A stretch of 33,502 nucleotides of DNA from a virus. Positions 1 through 7,941 of this stretch are shown here, piece after piece; positions within the stretch are counted from its first letter, which is position 1, and the number at the start of each line of letters is the position of its first letter. The notes under the pieces are model-generated. The model saw only the letters and a program-made list of their open reading frames with translations, had not been told where the DNA came from and searched no databases. The translations under genes were made by a program, and so were the position numbers. The stretch lies in the IMG/VR virus record IMGVR_UViG_3300005573_001597, one strand, 5' to 3'.

Positions 1-204
1 ATGAAAGACGAAGAGATTGAGCAACTGCGGCAACGGTTGGCGGAGCATGGCTATACCCTCGAAAAGGTTACGCCGTTTGCGCATCATGACCGCATTACCT
101 TTGGCAACAAGGAGCTAAAAGTATCAATCAACCTTCGGGGTAAACTCAGCCAATTTGCTCTTGAGGCTATCGTTAAAGCCTGCATCGGCAAGGAGGCGAC
201 TTAG
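1..204 (+). CDS. Hypothetical protein (67 aa)
   Basis: ORF abuts the next gene (TAG then ATG at 205); no motif recognised. Confidence 0.6.
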   Translation: MKDEEIEQLRQRLAEHGYTLEKVTPFAHHDRITFGNKELKVSINLRGKLSQFALEAIVKACIGKEAT

Positions 205-528
205 ATGGGTGACGCGGTTTGGAATAGTATCTCGCAGTCCTTCAAAGATGGCCTTCTGGAACTAATCATACTCCGATTGGTTAATGATGGTCCCTCCCAG
301 ACAGCGAAAAAATCTGAATTGACAAAGCAACTGGCTAAGAAAGCGGGTATCTGGCTCTCAGAATTTCAAGTTCTTGTTATCCTAAAACGCTTAGAAAAGC
401 ATGGCATGTTGAAGAGGATTCCGAACTCGCAAATCTTCGGCATTACTGCACATGGTAAAGAAGAGATTTACGACCGAGTTAGCCAGATGGAACGGTTCAT
501 CGGCTATGTCAAGGAGGGTTCGCCGTGA
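205..528 (+). CDS. PadR-like winged-helix transcription regulator
   Basis: FKDGLLELIILRLV...GP, then ILKRLEKHGML and FGITAHGKEE, matching the PadR/MarR wHTH pattern. Confidence 0.65.
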   Translation: MGDAVWNSISQSFKDGLLELIILRLVNDGPSQTAKKSELTKQLAKKAGIWLSEFQVLVILKRLEKHGMLKRIPNSQIFGITAHGKEEIYDRVSQMERFIGYVKEGSP

Positions 529-725
529 TAGATGAGGATGGTTTTGTTCTCAGAGAAGTCGTGTCGGTGCAGCGGGTGAAGATTCCAGAGGGCAATATCC
601 GCTGTCCTCGCTGTCAGGGCACAGGAAAAGACGTTAGAATCTATCGTGACCCTGGTCCTAACGAGTACATGACTTGCCTAAAGTGCATGGGGCAGGGCTA
701 CGTCAAACGGGAGGGTCAGCCGTGA
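525..725 (+). CDS. Small zinc-finger protein, DnaJ-type CxxCxGxG
   Basis: CPRCQGTG and CLKCMGQG; GTGA overlap with the previous gene. Confidence 0.65.
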   Translation: MIDEDGFVLREVVSVQRVKIPEGNIRCPRCQGTGKDVRIYRDPGPNEYMTCLKCMGQGYVKREGQP

Positions 726-889
726 CTAAATGCGAGTACTGCGGTAAAGAAATCGACCCGCGCTCCGATTTCGTGCCTCTTGACGACACCCGCACTACGC
801 GAGTACACGTAAAATGCTACCTCAAAAAGCTGTTTCCAGACGCCAAAGAAGGCGAAATTAAAGTCATCAAAGAGGAGGCTAAGCCATGA
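722..889 (+). CDS. Small zinc-finger protein
   Basis: GTG at 722 overlaps the previous stop; CEYC...HVKC. Preferred over the track start at 674. Confidence 0.55.
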   Translation: MTKCEYCGKEIDPRSDFVPLDDTRTTRVHVKCYLKKLFPDAKEGEIKVIKEEAKP

Positions 890-1035
890 CTGACCGAGTA
901 ATCGTTGATACTGAGGATTACTCGATTGGTGCGGTCATAACCAAAGATGGCGCGACAAACTATAGAGTGGTCAGTAAAATTCCGTGTCGCGGCGGTCATC
1001 GTTATGGGCTGAAACTGTTGGAGGCATTGCCGTAA
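886..1035 (+). CDS. Hypothetical protein (49 aa, not in ORF track)
   Basis: MTDRVIVDTEDY...LEALP; GGAGG upstream, ATGA overlap at the start and TAATG overlap at the end. Confidence 0.55.
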   Translation: MTDRVIVDTEDYSIGAVITKDGATNYRVVSKIPCRGGHRYGLKLLEALP

Positions 1036-1442
1036 TGGACGGAATAGAACCAAGCCCCTATCACTGCACGCCCTACATCGAAGACGCCGATCCAGACAAC
1101 TTCACGCCGTGCAAATGCCCGGTATGCGGTGGCTTTTTGACCTGGGATAAGACAGGCGAAATTCCAATCTGCAACAACTGCGGAGCTGAGTTGGCGAAAG
1201 TGCCTAAGCAGAAACCCAAAGAGGGCGAAGAGGAAAGCGAGGAAGACGACGATTTAGGCTACAGGGACGGCAAAATCTGCGTTTTGTCAGGTCCAAAATG
1301 GAGTAAAGGGGAACGCCGTGAGAAGAGACGGCAACGCCGCGAAGAAAGGACTTTGTTGAAAAAGCAGCGGTTGGAGCGAAGTAGGGAGAGGGCGCAGAAA
1401 GCGATAGATGCACTTAACAAGAGACTGGAGGCGCTGTCGTAA
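1035..1442 (+). CDS. Zinc-ribbon protein with acidic patch and basic coiled-coil tail
   Basis: CPVCGG...CNNCG; ATG at 1035 coupled to the upstream TAA (track start 984). Confidence 0.65.
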   Translation: MDGIEPSPYHCTPYIEDADPDNFTPCKCPVCGGFLTWDKTGEIPICNNCGAELAKVPKQKPKEGEEESEEDDDLGYRDGKICVLSGPKWSKGERREKRRQRREERTLLKKQRLERSRERAQKAIDALNKRLEALS

Positions 1443-1606
1443 TGCCTGAGGTTAAGTGTTCTGTTTGCGGTAAAGCCGTGAAGGCTTCGCCGTTTCAAGC
1501 CAAATTTCTTGAGCATGCGGCTAAGCAGGGGACGCCTTTTGTCTGTAGCGGTGAATGTAGCAAAAAGGTGCCTGATAGAAGCGGTGCTAGGAGTGTGAGT
1601 CTGTGA
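1442..1606 (+). CDS. TRASH/YHS-like metal-binding microprotein (54 aa, not in ORF track)
   Basis: MPEVKCSVCGK...FVCSGECSKK; TAATG coupling. Confidence 0.55.
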   Translation: MPEVKCSVCGKAVKASPFQAKFLEHAAKQGTPFVCSGECSKKVPDRSGARSVSL

Positions 1607-1779
1607 TGCTGGATTTACTTAGTGGCGTCATTGGTTGCTTTGTCGGTGTTCTCTGCGTTAGCCTTCTCTTCTATTTTCTTATGTGCTGGGTTGCTGCTCG
1701 TGCCTATGAGATGGGTTGGCGTGACCGAGATGGGGGCAGATGGATTGGGGACGAGCAGAAAAAAGAGGAGGTTCATTAA
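1606..1779 (+). CDS. Small single-pass membrane protein (57 aa, not in ORF track)
   Basis: MLDLLSGVIGCFVGVLCVSLLFYFLMCWVAA hydrophobic stretch then a charged tail; fills the gap exactly up to ATG 1780. Confidence 0.55.
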   Translation: MLDLLSGVIGCFVGVLCVSLLFYFLMCWVAARAYEMGWRDRDGGRWIGDEQKKEEVH

Positions 1780-2523
1780 ATGTTCAGGAAAATCTATATT
1801 GCATCCAGTTGGAAAAACAAAGATAAAGTTCGTGCGTTAGCTGGGAAACTACGCAGTTTAGGTCATGAAGTTTTTGATTTTACCGACCGAGAAAACCGCC
1901 CGAAAGGAACGGATTGGTTCAACTGTCCAGCAGATAAGTGGGATGGTCCGCCGCTTGCGACTATGGAGTATAAGGCGTTTCTCAAGTTCGCGACATCCCA
2001 ACATATTTTCACCGCTGATATGTCGGGACTACATTGGGCTGACACGGTAATTCTGTACTTGCCTAGTGGCCGCAGTAGTCACATGGAGGCGGGCTGGGGT
2101 GCTGGTGCTGGAAAAGACTTATTCATTCTGGGAGATTTGCCGCTTGGCGAATTCGACCCACTCTATTTCCTCGCAAAGGAATGCTATCACGAAGCTGAGT
2201 TGCCTGCGCTTTTGGAGACGCTTGCAAACCCATTCGGAAAGGTTGTTTGTGCTTGGTGTCAAAGCCCCGACCATCTGTCCAAAGACTGCCCCAGCAGCCA
2301 GAATGACGCGCAAAGTCGTGCATGGCGAGCTATCACAGACCCGCTAATCGAAGGCGATTACATTGGGTCTCTTCGCGGTGAAGTCAACATTTGTCTTAAC
2401 GTCATTCACTATCATAAATCGTTTGAGAAAGCGGTGCTTGAGTTGCTGCCACAGCGATATGATGAGATTCGGCGGCGGGCTAACGTAATTCGAGCGCGGG
2501 ATTATGGGAGGTTGCCTTGGTGA
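1780..2523 (+). CDS. Nucleoside 2-deoxyribosyltransferase / N-glycosidase-like protein with CCHC zinc knuckle
   Basis: KIYIASSW N-terminal strand; ADTVILYLPSGRSSHMEAGWGAG with the NDT-type catalytic Glu; C-terminal CAWCQSPDHLSKDC (CX2CX4HX4C). Confidence 0.7.
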   Translation: MFRKIYIASSWKNKDKVRALAGKLRSLGHEVFDFTDRENRPKGTDWFNCPADKWDGPPLATMEYKAFLKFATSQHIFTADMSGLHWADTVILYLPSGRSSHMEAGWGAGAGKDLFILGDLPLGEFDPLYFLAKECYHEAELPALLETLANPFGKVVCAWCQSPDHLSKDCPSSQNDAQSRAWRAITDPLIEGDYIGSLRGEVNICLNVIHYHKSFEKAVLELLPQRYDEIRRRANVIRARDYGRLPW

Positions 2524-2687
2524 CTGATGAAAAGCCGATTGTTCCTGAGGTTTGCGACCGCTTAAACTGTAATCTACCGTCTTGTTATGGTTGGGATTTG
2601 TGCAGGGAAGCCCGTGAAGCTTTGACGAATGAGGAACGGCAAAGGTGGGTTGAGGGCTTAAAGAAACTGTGGGGGCTTACTGAATGA
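2520..2687 (+). CDS. Cys-rich microprotein (55 aa, not in ORF track)
   Basis: MTDEKPIVPEVCDRLNCNLPSCYGWDLC...; GTGA and ATGA overlaps on both sides. Confidence 0.5.
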   Translation: MTDEKPIVPEVCDRLNCNLPSCYGWDLCREAREALTNEERQRWVEGLKKLWGLTE

Positions 2688-3577
2688 GTAAGTTTGAGCC
2701 TGTCTTGCAAGAGGTTGCGGATAAGATTTTGCATGATTTGCCTGAGGAGGTAGCTGTAGGCGTTTCTTTTAAGCTTCATGAGGGTGGGGATGCGCTGGTT
2801 TTGGCGTATCCTGTGAGTTTGCATGGGACGCCTGATATGCAGTTGCTTGACGGTGTTGTCCGCAGGTTTGGCGGAGCTTTTGTTAGCCGTGGGAAAGGTA
2901 ATTCGTTTTATTTGATTCCCAAACCGAAGCCTGTAGCTGAGAAGCCGATGGAAGAACCTAAACCCGCTGTTCCAACAGAGGCACCTAAACCTGTCGACGC
3001 TAAAACAGCCGAACCCGAAAAGCCAGCCCCGTCGCAAGAACAGGCGAATCCTCCAGAGCAGTTCAAGCAGCCCAGCCCAATTAGCATCTATCGCGGAAAA
3101 TACTGTAGCGCCTGTGAAGACCAGGGTACTTGTCGCCTTCCCAGCAATACCGGGCAGATGCAGCTTTGCGTCCGCATCTTGGAGTTGCAGTTTCTGGATG
3201 GCATTGCGGAGCGTTTGCATAAGCTTGGGTTGGTTCTTGAGGGTTTGCCTAAGCAGTTTCCGCAGCAAAAGCCGTCTGTTTCGCCTCCGTCCTCTCAGCC
3301 GCCGAAGGTGCAGCGGGACACTAACCCGCGGGAAGGGTTCGAAGAGGACGGGCTTGTCTGGGTTAAAGTGTTTGACGGTGCCAACGTGAAGTACCTGAAA
3401 GCCTACGAGAAGGATAACCAGGGCAGGCAGCGCTTCAAGGATTTGCAGGACTGGATCACTAAGAAGGGCGATAAGCCGTTTGCTAAGCAGCCTTTCTTGG
3501 GTGCGGAGTGCCAGGTCTTTCTATGGAATTTCAATCGTGGACCCAACGCGATTGGAAAAAGTAAGTGCAGGGGCTAG
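2684..3577 (+). CDS. Hypothetical multidomain protein with Pro/Glu/Lys-rich linkers and a Cys cluster
   Basis: 297-aa ORF coupled to the upstream gene; CSACEDQGTC motif. Confidence 0.7.
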   Translation: MSKFEPVLQEVADKILHDLPEEVAVGVSFKLHEGGDALVLAYPVSLHGTPDMQLLDGVVRRFGGAFVSRGKGNSFYLIPKPKPVAEKPMEEPKPAVPTEAPKPVDAKTAEPEKPAPSQEQANPPEQFKQPSPISIYRGKYCSACEDQGTCRLPSNTGQMQLCVRILELQFLDGIAERLHKLGLVLEGLPKQFPQQKPSVSPPSSQPPKVQRDTNPREGFEEDGLVWVKVFDGANVKYLKAYEKDNQGRQRFKDLQDWITKKGDKPFAKQPFLGAECQVFLWNFNRGPNAIGKSKCRG

Positions 3578-3608
3578 CTTTGGCGAGGTTTGAAGGGAGA
3601 ACGGGAAC

Positions 3609-4154
3609 TTGGGTGGGGAGCAAACTAAACTGGCTGTGCAACCGCGGCAGAATCTTATCTGCAATTTTAGAGCTCCCAACATGGACGAATTTCAAAAATG
3701 GAAAAAATATGTGCAGTGGGCGAAGGATAACGGCATGGATGTCTGTCATCTAACCCTTAGCTTAACGGATAGTTTTATGAAAGGCACGGAAGGTGCAGCG
3801 CAGGTCCGCAATGCTGGCCAAGTCGTCAATATCCAGCAAGTCAACACTTTTCAGTATCAAGTCCAGAAGCCGCGGCGGGAACCGTATAGTCTGGACTGTG
3901 TCAAACCTGAGTATGTGAGAACACTAAGTAGTACCCTCTTTGAGGCGTATGTCCTCAACAAAGCAAGAGATATAAACCGAGATTTTAGCTATATGGACTT
4001 TTTAGAGCTAAAACATGACGCTTTTCGCCGAATTATGGTTAGATTGAAGCGGAAAGGCAAAGTTATCGCTAATCCGCAGAGCACTCGCCCGCAATTTTAC
4101 TTCTTAACCGAAAAACTGCAACAGGAGAATTCAGGTTGGAATACACTACAGTAA
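3609..4154 (+). CDS. Putative DNA-binding protein (RHH-like N-terminus, wHTH-like C-terminus)
   Basis: Strand-helix-G-helix pattern (ICNFRA...WKKYVQWAKDNGMDVCHLT); C-terminal FRRIMVRLKRKGKV...PQFY. Fold call is inference. Confidence 0.55.
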   Translation: MGGEQTKLAVQPRQNLICNFRAPNMDEFQKWKKYVQWAKDNGMDVCHLTLSLTDSFMKGTEGAAQVRNAGQVVNIQQVNTFQYQVQKPRREPYSLDCVKPEYVRTLSSTLFEAYVLNKARDINRDFSYMDFLELKHDAFRRIMVRLKRKGKVIANPQSTRPQFYFLTEKLQQENSGWNTLQ

Positions 4155-5101
4155 AACCATTGTTTACAGGCGGGGCGGCTGCTGGGCGGGGCAGAAATGT
4201 TTTGTTGTTAGCCGTGGGTTCTAAGATGCCTGTTCCTGCGTTGATGAAGCTTAGTACGTATCACAAAAGGCTGGGTGACCGAGTTTTTTTTGGGAAGCCC
4301 TGTAATCCTGACGTGGTTTATGCTACAGTGATTTTTCAGAAGCATAAGGCGGAAGCTTTGGGGTTGGCAAAGATGTTTTCTTGCCCGGTGCATTTGGGCG
4401 GACCTGCTATTTCAAATGAGGGTTTGCCCGATGAGATTGAACATTTGATGCCTGACTATAGCTTGTACGGGATTGATTACGCGGTGGGTTTCACTAGTCG
4501 GGGTTGCAGTAGGCGTTGTGCTTTCTGTAGCGTTTTCAAGTTAGAAGGTGACATTCGGGAACATGCACCGTTTAGGGAGTTTGTATTGCCGAGGCATGAT
4601 AAGGTCCTGATTTTGGATAATAATTTTTTGATGAGTCCGAAATGTGAGGAGAAGCTGGATTATCTTCTTGAAAGACGCTTAGCGGTCAGTATTTGTCAGG
4701 GTCTAGATGCTCGGCTCATAACGAAGGATTTGGCGGATAAGATTGCTCGGTTACGTCTCTATAATTGGAAGTTCACCGACAAGGCGCTTTATACTGCTTG
4801 GGACCGCATCGAGGATGAAGCGGAAGTTTTAGAGGGCATCGATAACTTGATTGAGGCTGGCGTGAAGCCTCGGTTTATTCGTCCTTACGTTTTGGTTGGG
4901 TTCAACTCGACTTTAGAACAGGACGTTTACCGCTGGAAGAAACTTTGGAAACGAGGCGTCTACCCGTTCATTATGCCCTACAACCGCAAGTTTCATCCGC
5001 TTAGGCGGTATGGTCAGCGGCCAGCGTATTTCAAAACCACGGACATAGATGTCTACCTGAAGCAAATCGGTATAGAACTAAAGCGGGAGGTCTTCGCTTG
5101 A
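4136..5101 (+). CDS. Radical SAM Fe-S protein (virus-associated family)
   Basis: TSRGCSRRCAFC (CxxxCxxC), LDNNF and QGLDARL motifs; N-terminal PALMKLSTYHK. Confidence 0.85.
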   Translation: MEYTTVKPLFTGGAAAGRGRNVLLLAVGSKMPVPALMKLSTYHKRLGDRVFFGKPCNPDVVYATVIFQKHKAEALGLAKMFSCPVHLGGPAISNEGLPDEIEHLMPDYSLYGIDYAVGFTSRGCSRRCAFCSVFKLEGDIREHAPFREFVLPRHDKVLILDNNFLMSPKCEEKLDYLLERRLAVSICQGLDARLITKDLADKIARLRLYNWKFTDKALYTAWDRIEDEAEVLEGIDNLIEAGVKPRFIRPYVLVGFNSTLEQDVYRWKKLWKRGVYPFIMPYNRKFHPLRRYGQRPAYFKTTDIDVYLKQIGIELKREVFA

Positions 5102-5256
5102 GTTTGCAGGTTGAGATAGCGCCTTGTCCCTGCAGAAAGTGCCCGTGGAAACTCAGGAGTATGTGTGGCCATTATGCGGATGTTTGTTTGGAGCTTCGGA
5201 GCTGTAGTAATTGCGGGCATCCGCTTGAGCGATGCATTAAGGAGGCTTTCAGTTGA
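5098..5256 (+). CDS. Cys-rich microprotein (52 aa, not in ORF track)
   Basis: TTG start overlapping the upstream TGA; CPCRKC...CSNCGH...C. Confidence 0.5.
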   Translation: MSLQVEIAPCPCRKCPWKLRSMCGHYADVCLELRSCSNCGHPLERCIKEAFS

Positions 5257-5606
5257 GTTACAAGGAGCGGATGCATCCCAAAGTCAGCCGAGCAGAAATT
5301 GAAGTCTTCAAAGCTCTTAGCGGTTTGGGTTTGACTGGCGGGATGGTTACTCAAAAGCCGCTTGTGCTTAAGATGACGATTCCCGATTTTTGCTGGATTG
5401 AAAAGCGGAAGGTCGTTTATCTGGATGGCAGGCAGGTTCACTCTTCTGCTAAGGCGGAGAGGCGGGACGCAGAGATTGATGAGTTGCTGGAATTGCAGGG
5501 TTGGGATGTCTTGCGTATTGTCTATGACCCGCCGTTGACGGGCGAAAAGTTGCGGCAAGTGGTGGCTCAGATACGTGATTTTGTTGGAGGTATCGATGAG
5601 AAATGA
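5253..5606 (+). CDS. DUF559/Vsr-like PD-(D/E)XK endonuclease
   Basis: IPDFCWIEKRKVVYLDGRQVH...RDAEIDELLELQGWDVLRI. Confidence 0.8.
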   Translation: MSYKERMHPKVSRAEIEVFKALSGLGLTGGMVTQKPLVLKMTIPDFCWIEKRKVVYLDGRQVHSSAKAERRDAEIDELLELQGWDVLRIVYDPPLTGEKLRQVVAQIRDFVGGIDEK

Positions 5607-5794
5607 GAGTTTTTGGCAGTAAATGGCTGTTCAGAATTTTTAGAGGGCACTTTTTGGGGTGTAAAAGCATGGACTTTTTCCATGCTTTGCGAAGTGCCGT
5701 TTTAGCAGTCGCCGATGTAGACTACGAACTGTTAGTTTTGCCTTTCGTGAATGTTAACGAAACACAGGAGTGTGCAGTTTGTTATGGAAGTTAG
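5603..5794 (+). CDS. Hypothetical protein (63 aa)
   Basis: ATGA overlap with the nuclease gene; no motif. Confidence 0.35.
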   Translation: MRVFGSKWLFRIFRGHFLGCKSMDFFHALRSAVLAVADVDYELLVLPFVNVNETQECAVCYGS

Positions 5795-6284
5795 CGGAAA
5801 ACCTGTTCAGAAGAGTAGAAAAAGGCGTGACCAGAGCGAGAAAGTAGGGCGTCTAAAACACATTATTGAGCTTTGTAAACGGATAGACAAAAAGCTTGAT
5901 TCTCTTGACCGTAGAGTTAGCCGTATCGAGACGTATCGTAAGCATGATCTTGATTGGGTGCGCTCAGACATCGAGGAGATTTGCGCCGATGAGGTTGACC
6001 GGGAGATTGTGCGTTTAGTTTTCGAGGTGGGGGATTCGGGTTTGCTGCCTAGAGTTATAGCTGAGAAGTTGGCGGGTTTTGGGGTTACTCGTTTTCATGT
6101 GGCTCGCAGGATTGGGCGGATGAATAAGCGGTTTAGGGAGCGAGTGGACGAGGCTTTGTTTGAGCAGCGGGGTTGGCGTTGGGCGCTTTCAAAGTTTGCT
6201 GTTAATGCTTGGGGAGGCAGCGGAAAAGTCGAAGCGGATGCAACTGCTGAGATTTCCCAGACTGAAGAGGATGCGTGGCAATGA
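5784..6284 (+). CDS. Coiled-coil plus HTH-like protein, possible regulator
   Basis: ATG at 5784 preferred (track start 5751); basic N-terminus, coiled coil, LLPRVIAEKL...TRFHVARRIGRMN helix-turn-helix-like segment. Confidence 0.6.
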   Translation: MEVSGKPVQKSRKRRDQSEKVGRLKHIIELCKRIDKKLDSLDRRVSRIETYRKHDLDWVRSDIEEICADEVDREIVRLVFEVGDSGLLPRVIAEKLAGFGVTRFHVARRIGRMNKRFRERVDEALFEQRGWRWALSKFAVNAWGGSGKVEADATAEISQTEEDAWQ

Positions 6285-6475
6285 AAAAGGCGGATTCTGT
6301 TTTGCCTTTAGTTGAAGAGTGGCCGCTGGGTCCGCCGCATTATCCCGTCAAAAAGGTTATCTGTGCTGTTTGTGGGCGGGCTGTCTGGCTTGAGCAAACG
6401 CCTGAGTATTACGCAGTGCGGGAGCATGTCCGTTTTGTTTGTACCGATTGCTTTGAGAGGAGCATCAAGAAATGA
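6275..6475 (+). CDS. Small zinc-finger protein
   Basis: CAVCG...CTDC. Confidence 0.6.
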   Translation: MAMKKADSVLPLVEEWPLGPPHYPVKKVICAVCGRAVWLEQTPEYYAVREHVRFVCTDCFERSIKK

Positions 6476-6762
6476 AGCCTAAAGGATTTTTAGTTATAAA
6501 TCTTAAGTTGCTGCGTCGTTTTCAGGTGCCTACCGCTACTTGGGATTTGGTAAAAGACGGCACTTGGAAGACCTATTCTGGTGCTTTTCCCCAAGTTGAA
6601 AAACTCAAGAATCTAGGGCTTATCGCCTTAGCCTATGCTGACCGTACTAAGCGTGGGAAGCCAAAGAACCTTTATGCTCTAACCAAAAAAGGCAAGCTTT
6701 TGCTTGAACTGTTCCCTGAAAACGAAGCTGATGAGGATTACGGCTTATGGGAGGTATCTTGA
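6472..6762 (+). CDS. Winged-helix transcription regulator (PadR/ArsR-like)
   Basis: VEKLKNLGLI...RGKPKNLYALTKKGKLLL wing motif. Confidence 0.7.
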   Translation: MKPKGFLVINLKLLRRFQVPTATWDLVKDGTWKTYSGAFPQVEKLKNLGLIALAYADRTKRGKPKNLYALTKKGKLLLELFPENEADEDYGLWEVS

Positions 6763-7016
6763 TTTTGGCGGTAGCCAAGCAGGAGTTTTACTTGAAGGGC
6801 ATCTATCCTGTGGAGGTTATCTCTGAGGTTAAAGATGGCTATGTGGAGGTTCGGGCGAAAACAAATTTTCTGCATACCAGTGAGTATTCAAAGGGGAAGC
6901 GTCAGGTTCGTGTCGGCGTGACTGAGAAGCGTTGGGTTAAGTCAGGTGAGGTTTTGAGGGTTCCGTTTCGCCATGTTTGGTCTAGTAGGCGTCCTGCGCC
7001 GAAGGGTTATCGTTGA
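6747..7016 (+). CDS. Hypothetical protein (89 aa)
   Basis: ORF ending just before promoter motif A. Confidence 0.55.
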   Translation: MGGILILAVAKQEFYLKGIYPVEVISEVKDGYVEVRAKTNFLHTSEYSKGKRQVRVGVTEKRWVKSGEVLRVPFRHVWSSRRPAPKGYR

Positions 7017-7019
7017 TTT

Positions 7020-7037
7020 ATAAGTTAATTGTTATAT
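7020..7037 (+). promoter_or_regulatory. Late-promoter motif A: ATAAGTTA-attg-TTATAT
   Basis: One of four copies with identical 8-mer and 4-nt spacing to a TATA-like box, each at an operon start. Confidence 0.7.
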
Positions 7038-7068
7038 TGGCAGGGCGGACTAAGATTTTCTTCAAGAG

Positions 7069-7347
7069 ATGCTGGAACCGATGTTTAAGCTGAATTACGA
7101 AACTCTCACTTGCAAGATTCATCTCAGCCTACGTGGTCAAAAAGACAAAAAGGGCAAGTTTGACTGGTCTGGCGCCGTCTTGGATGCAGGGATTATTAGC
7201 GGTATCACGTTCTTTACGGGGCTGGGCACTTTGGCTTCTAGCGCCGCAATTTCTCCTACGAGCCTTTGCGTGCTGCTTAGTGCGGTTGGTGCCGAGTTTT
7301 TTGGGATTCTTGCAACTAAGCGAGGGCTAGTTCAAAAAAACTGTTAG
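7069..7347 (+). CDS. Small membrane protein (two hydrophobic helices), holin-like candidate
   Basis: FDWSGAVLDAGIISGITFFTGLG and LCVLLSAVGAEFFGILA. Confidence 0.55.
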   Translation: MLEPMFKLNYETLTCKIHLSLRGQKDKKGKFDWSGAVLDAGIISGITFFTGLGTLASSAAISPTSLCVLLSAVGAEFFGILATKRGLVQKNC

Positions 7348-7353
7348 GAACGG

Positions 7354-7941
7354 TTGAAATTGGAAAAGGTGTCCATAACTATTCCTGAGGTTTACAAGGG
7401 CATTGTTGAAGACCTGCGTCTTTTGCAGAGGGACGGCCAGAATCCCAATAAGATGACGGATAAGCAAAAGGCGTCCGTCTGGAAGAGTTTAACCGATTTC
7501 GGCTGGATTTATCCCATAGTCACCAATAAAGACGGTGTGCTAACCGACGGAGAGCAACGTGTAGATGTCTGTTTGGAGCATAGCGAGTTTTACGGTCCTG
7601 TTCTGCGGCTCCCAATTAAAGACGTTAATAGACGAATTCTGCGGCAAGTTCTCAATAAACTGAAAGGTACACATGATAAACTTTTAGACGCTCAAGAGTT
7701 CCAGCGGATTCGTGAAGCTGACGGGGAAGAGGACCTGAAAGCGCTTTTGGGTCTTTCTAATCGGACGTTGGAGCAGTATGATAAGTTGCTTAATGATGCT
7801 AAGAATAGCGCTGAGAGCGGCGATATTTTGTTGGATCATACTTTCCAAGTAGTTATCACATGCGCTGATGAGGCGGAGCAAAAGCAGATATTTGAAGAAC
7901 TGCAAGCGGAGGGTTATCGCGTATCAATTTTGACATTGTGA
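7354..7941 (+). CDS. ParB/sulfiredoxin-like N-terminal domain protein
   Basis: NPNKM...SLTDFGWIYPIVTNKDGVLTDGEQR (DGHHR-like)...LNKLKGTHD. Confidence 0.8.
   Translation: MKLEKVSITIPEVYKGIVEDLRLLQRDGQNPNKMTDKQKASVWKSLTDFGWIYPIVTNKDGVLTDGEQRVDVCLEHSEFYGPVLRLPIKDVNRRILRQVLNKLKGTHDKLLDAQEFQRIREADGEEDLKALLGLSNRTLEQYDKLLNDAKNSAESGDILLDHTFQVVITCADEAEQKQIFEELQAEGYRVSILTL

Noticed and set aside
3565-3753. ORF bridging 2684-3577 and 3609-4154
   Set aside because: Overlaps a better-supported gene in another frame and shows no motif.
7896-7941. Second frameshift fusing ParB-like to the ABC ATPase (ATPase frame is open from 7896 and reads RINFDIV before GTG 7938)
   Set aside because: No slippery heptamer (only a T4 run), and GTG 7938 overlapping the stop is an adequate start.
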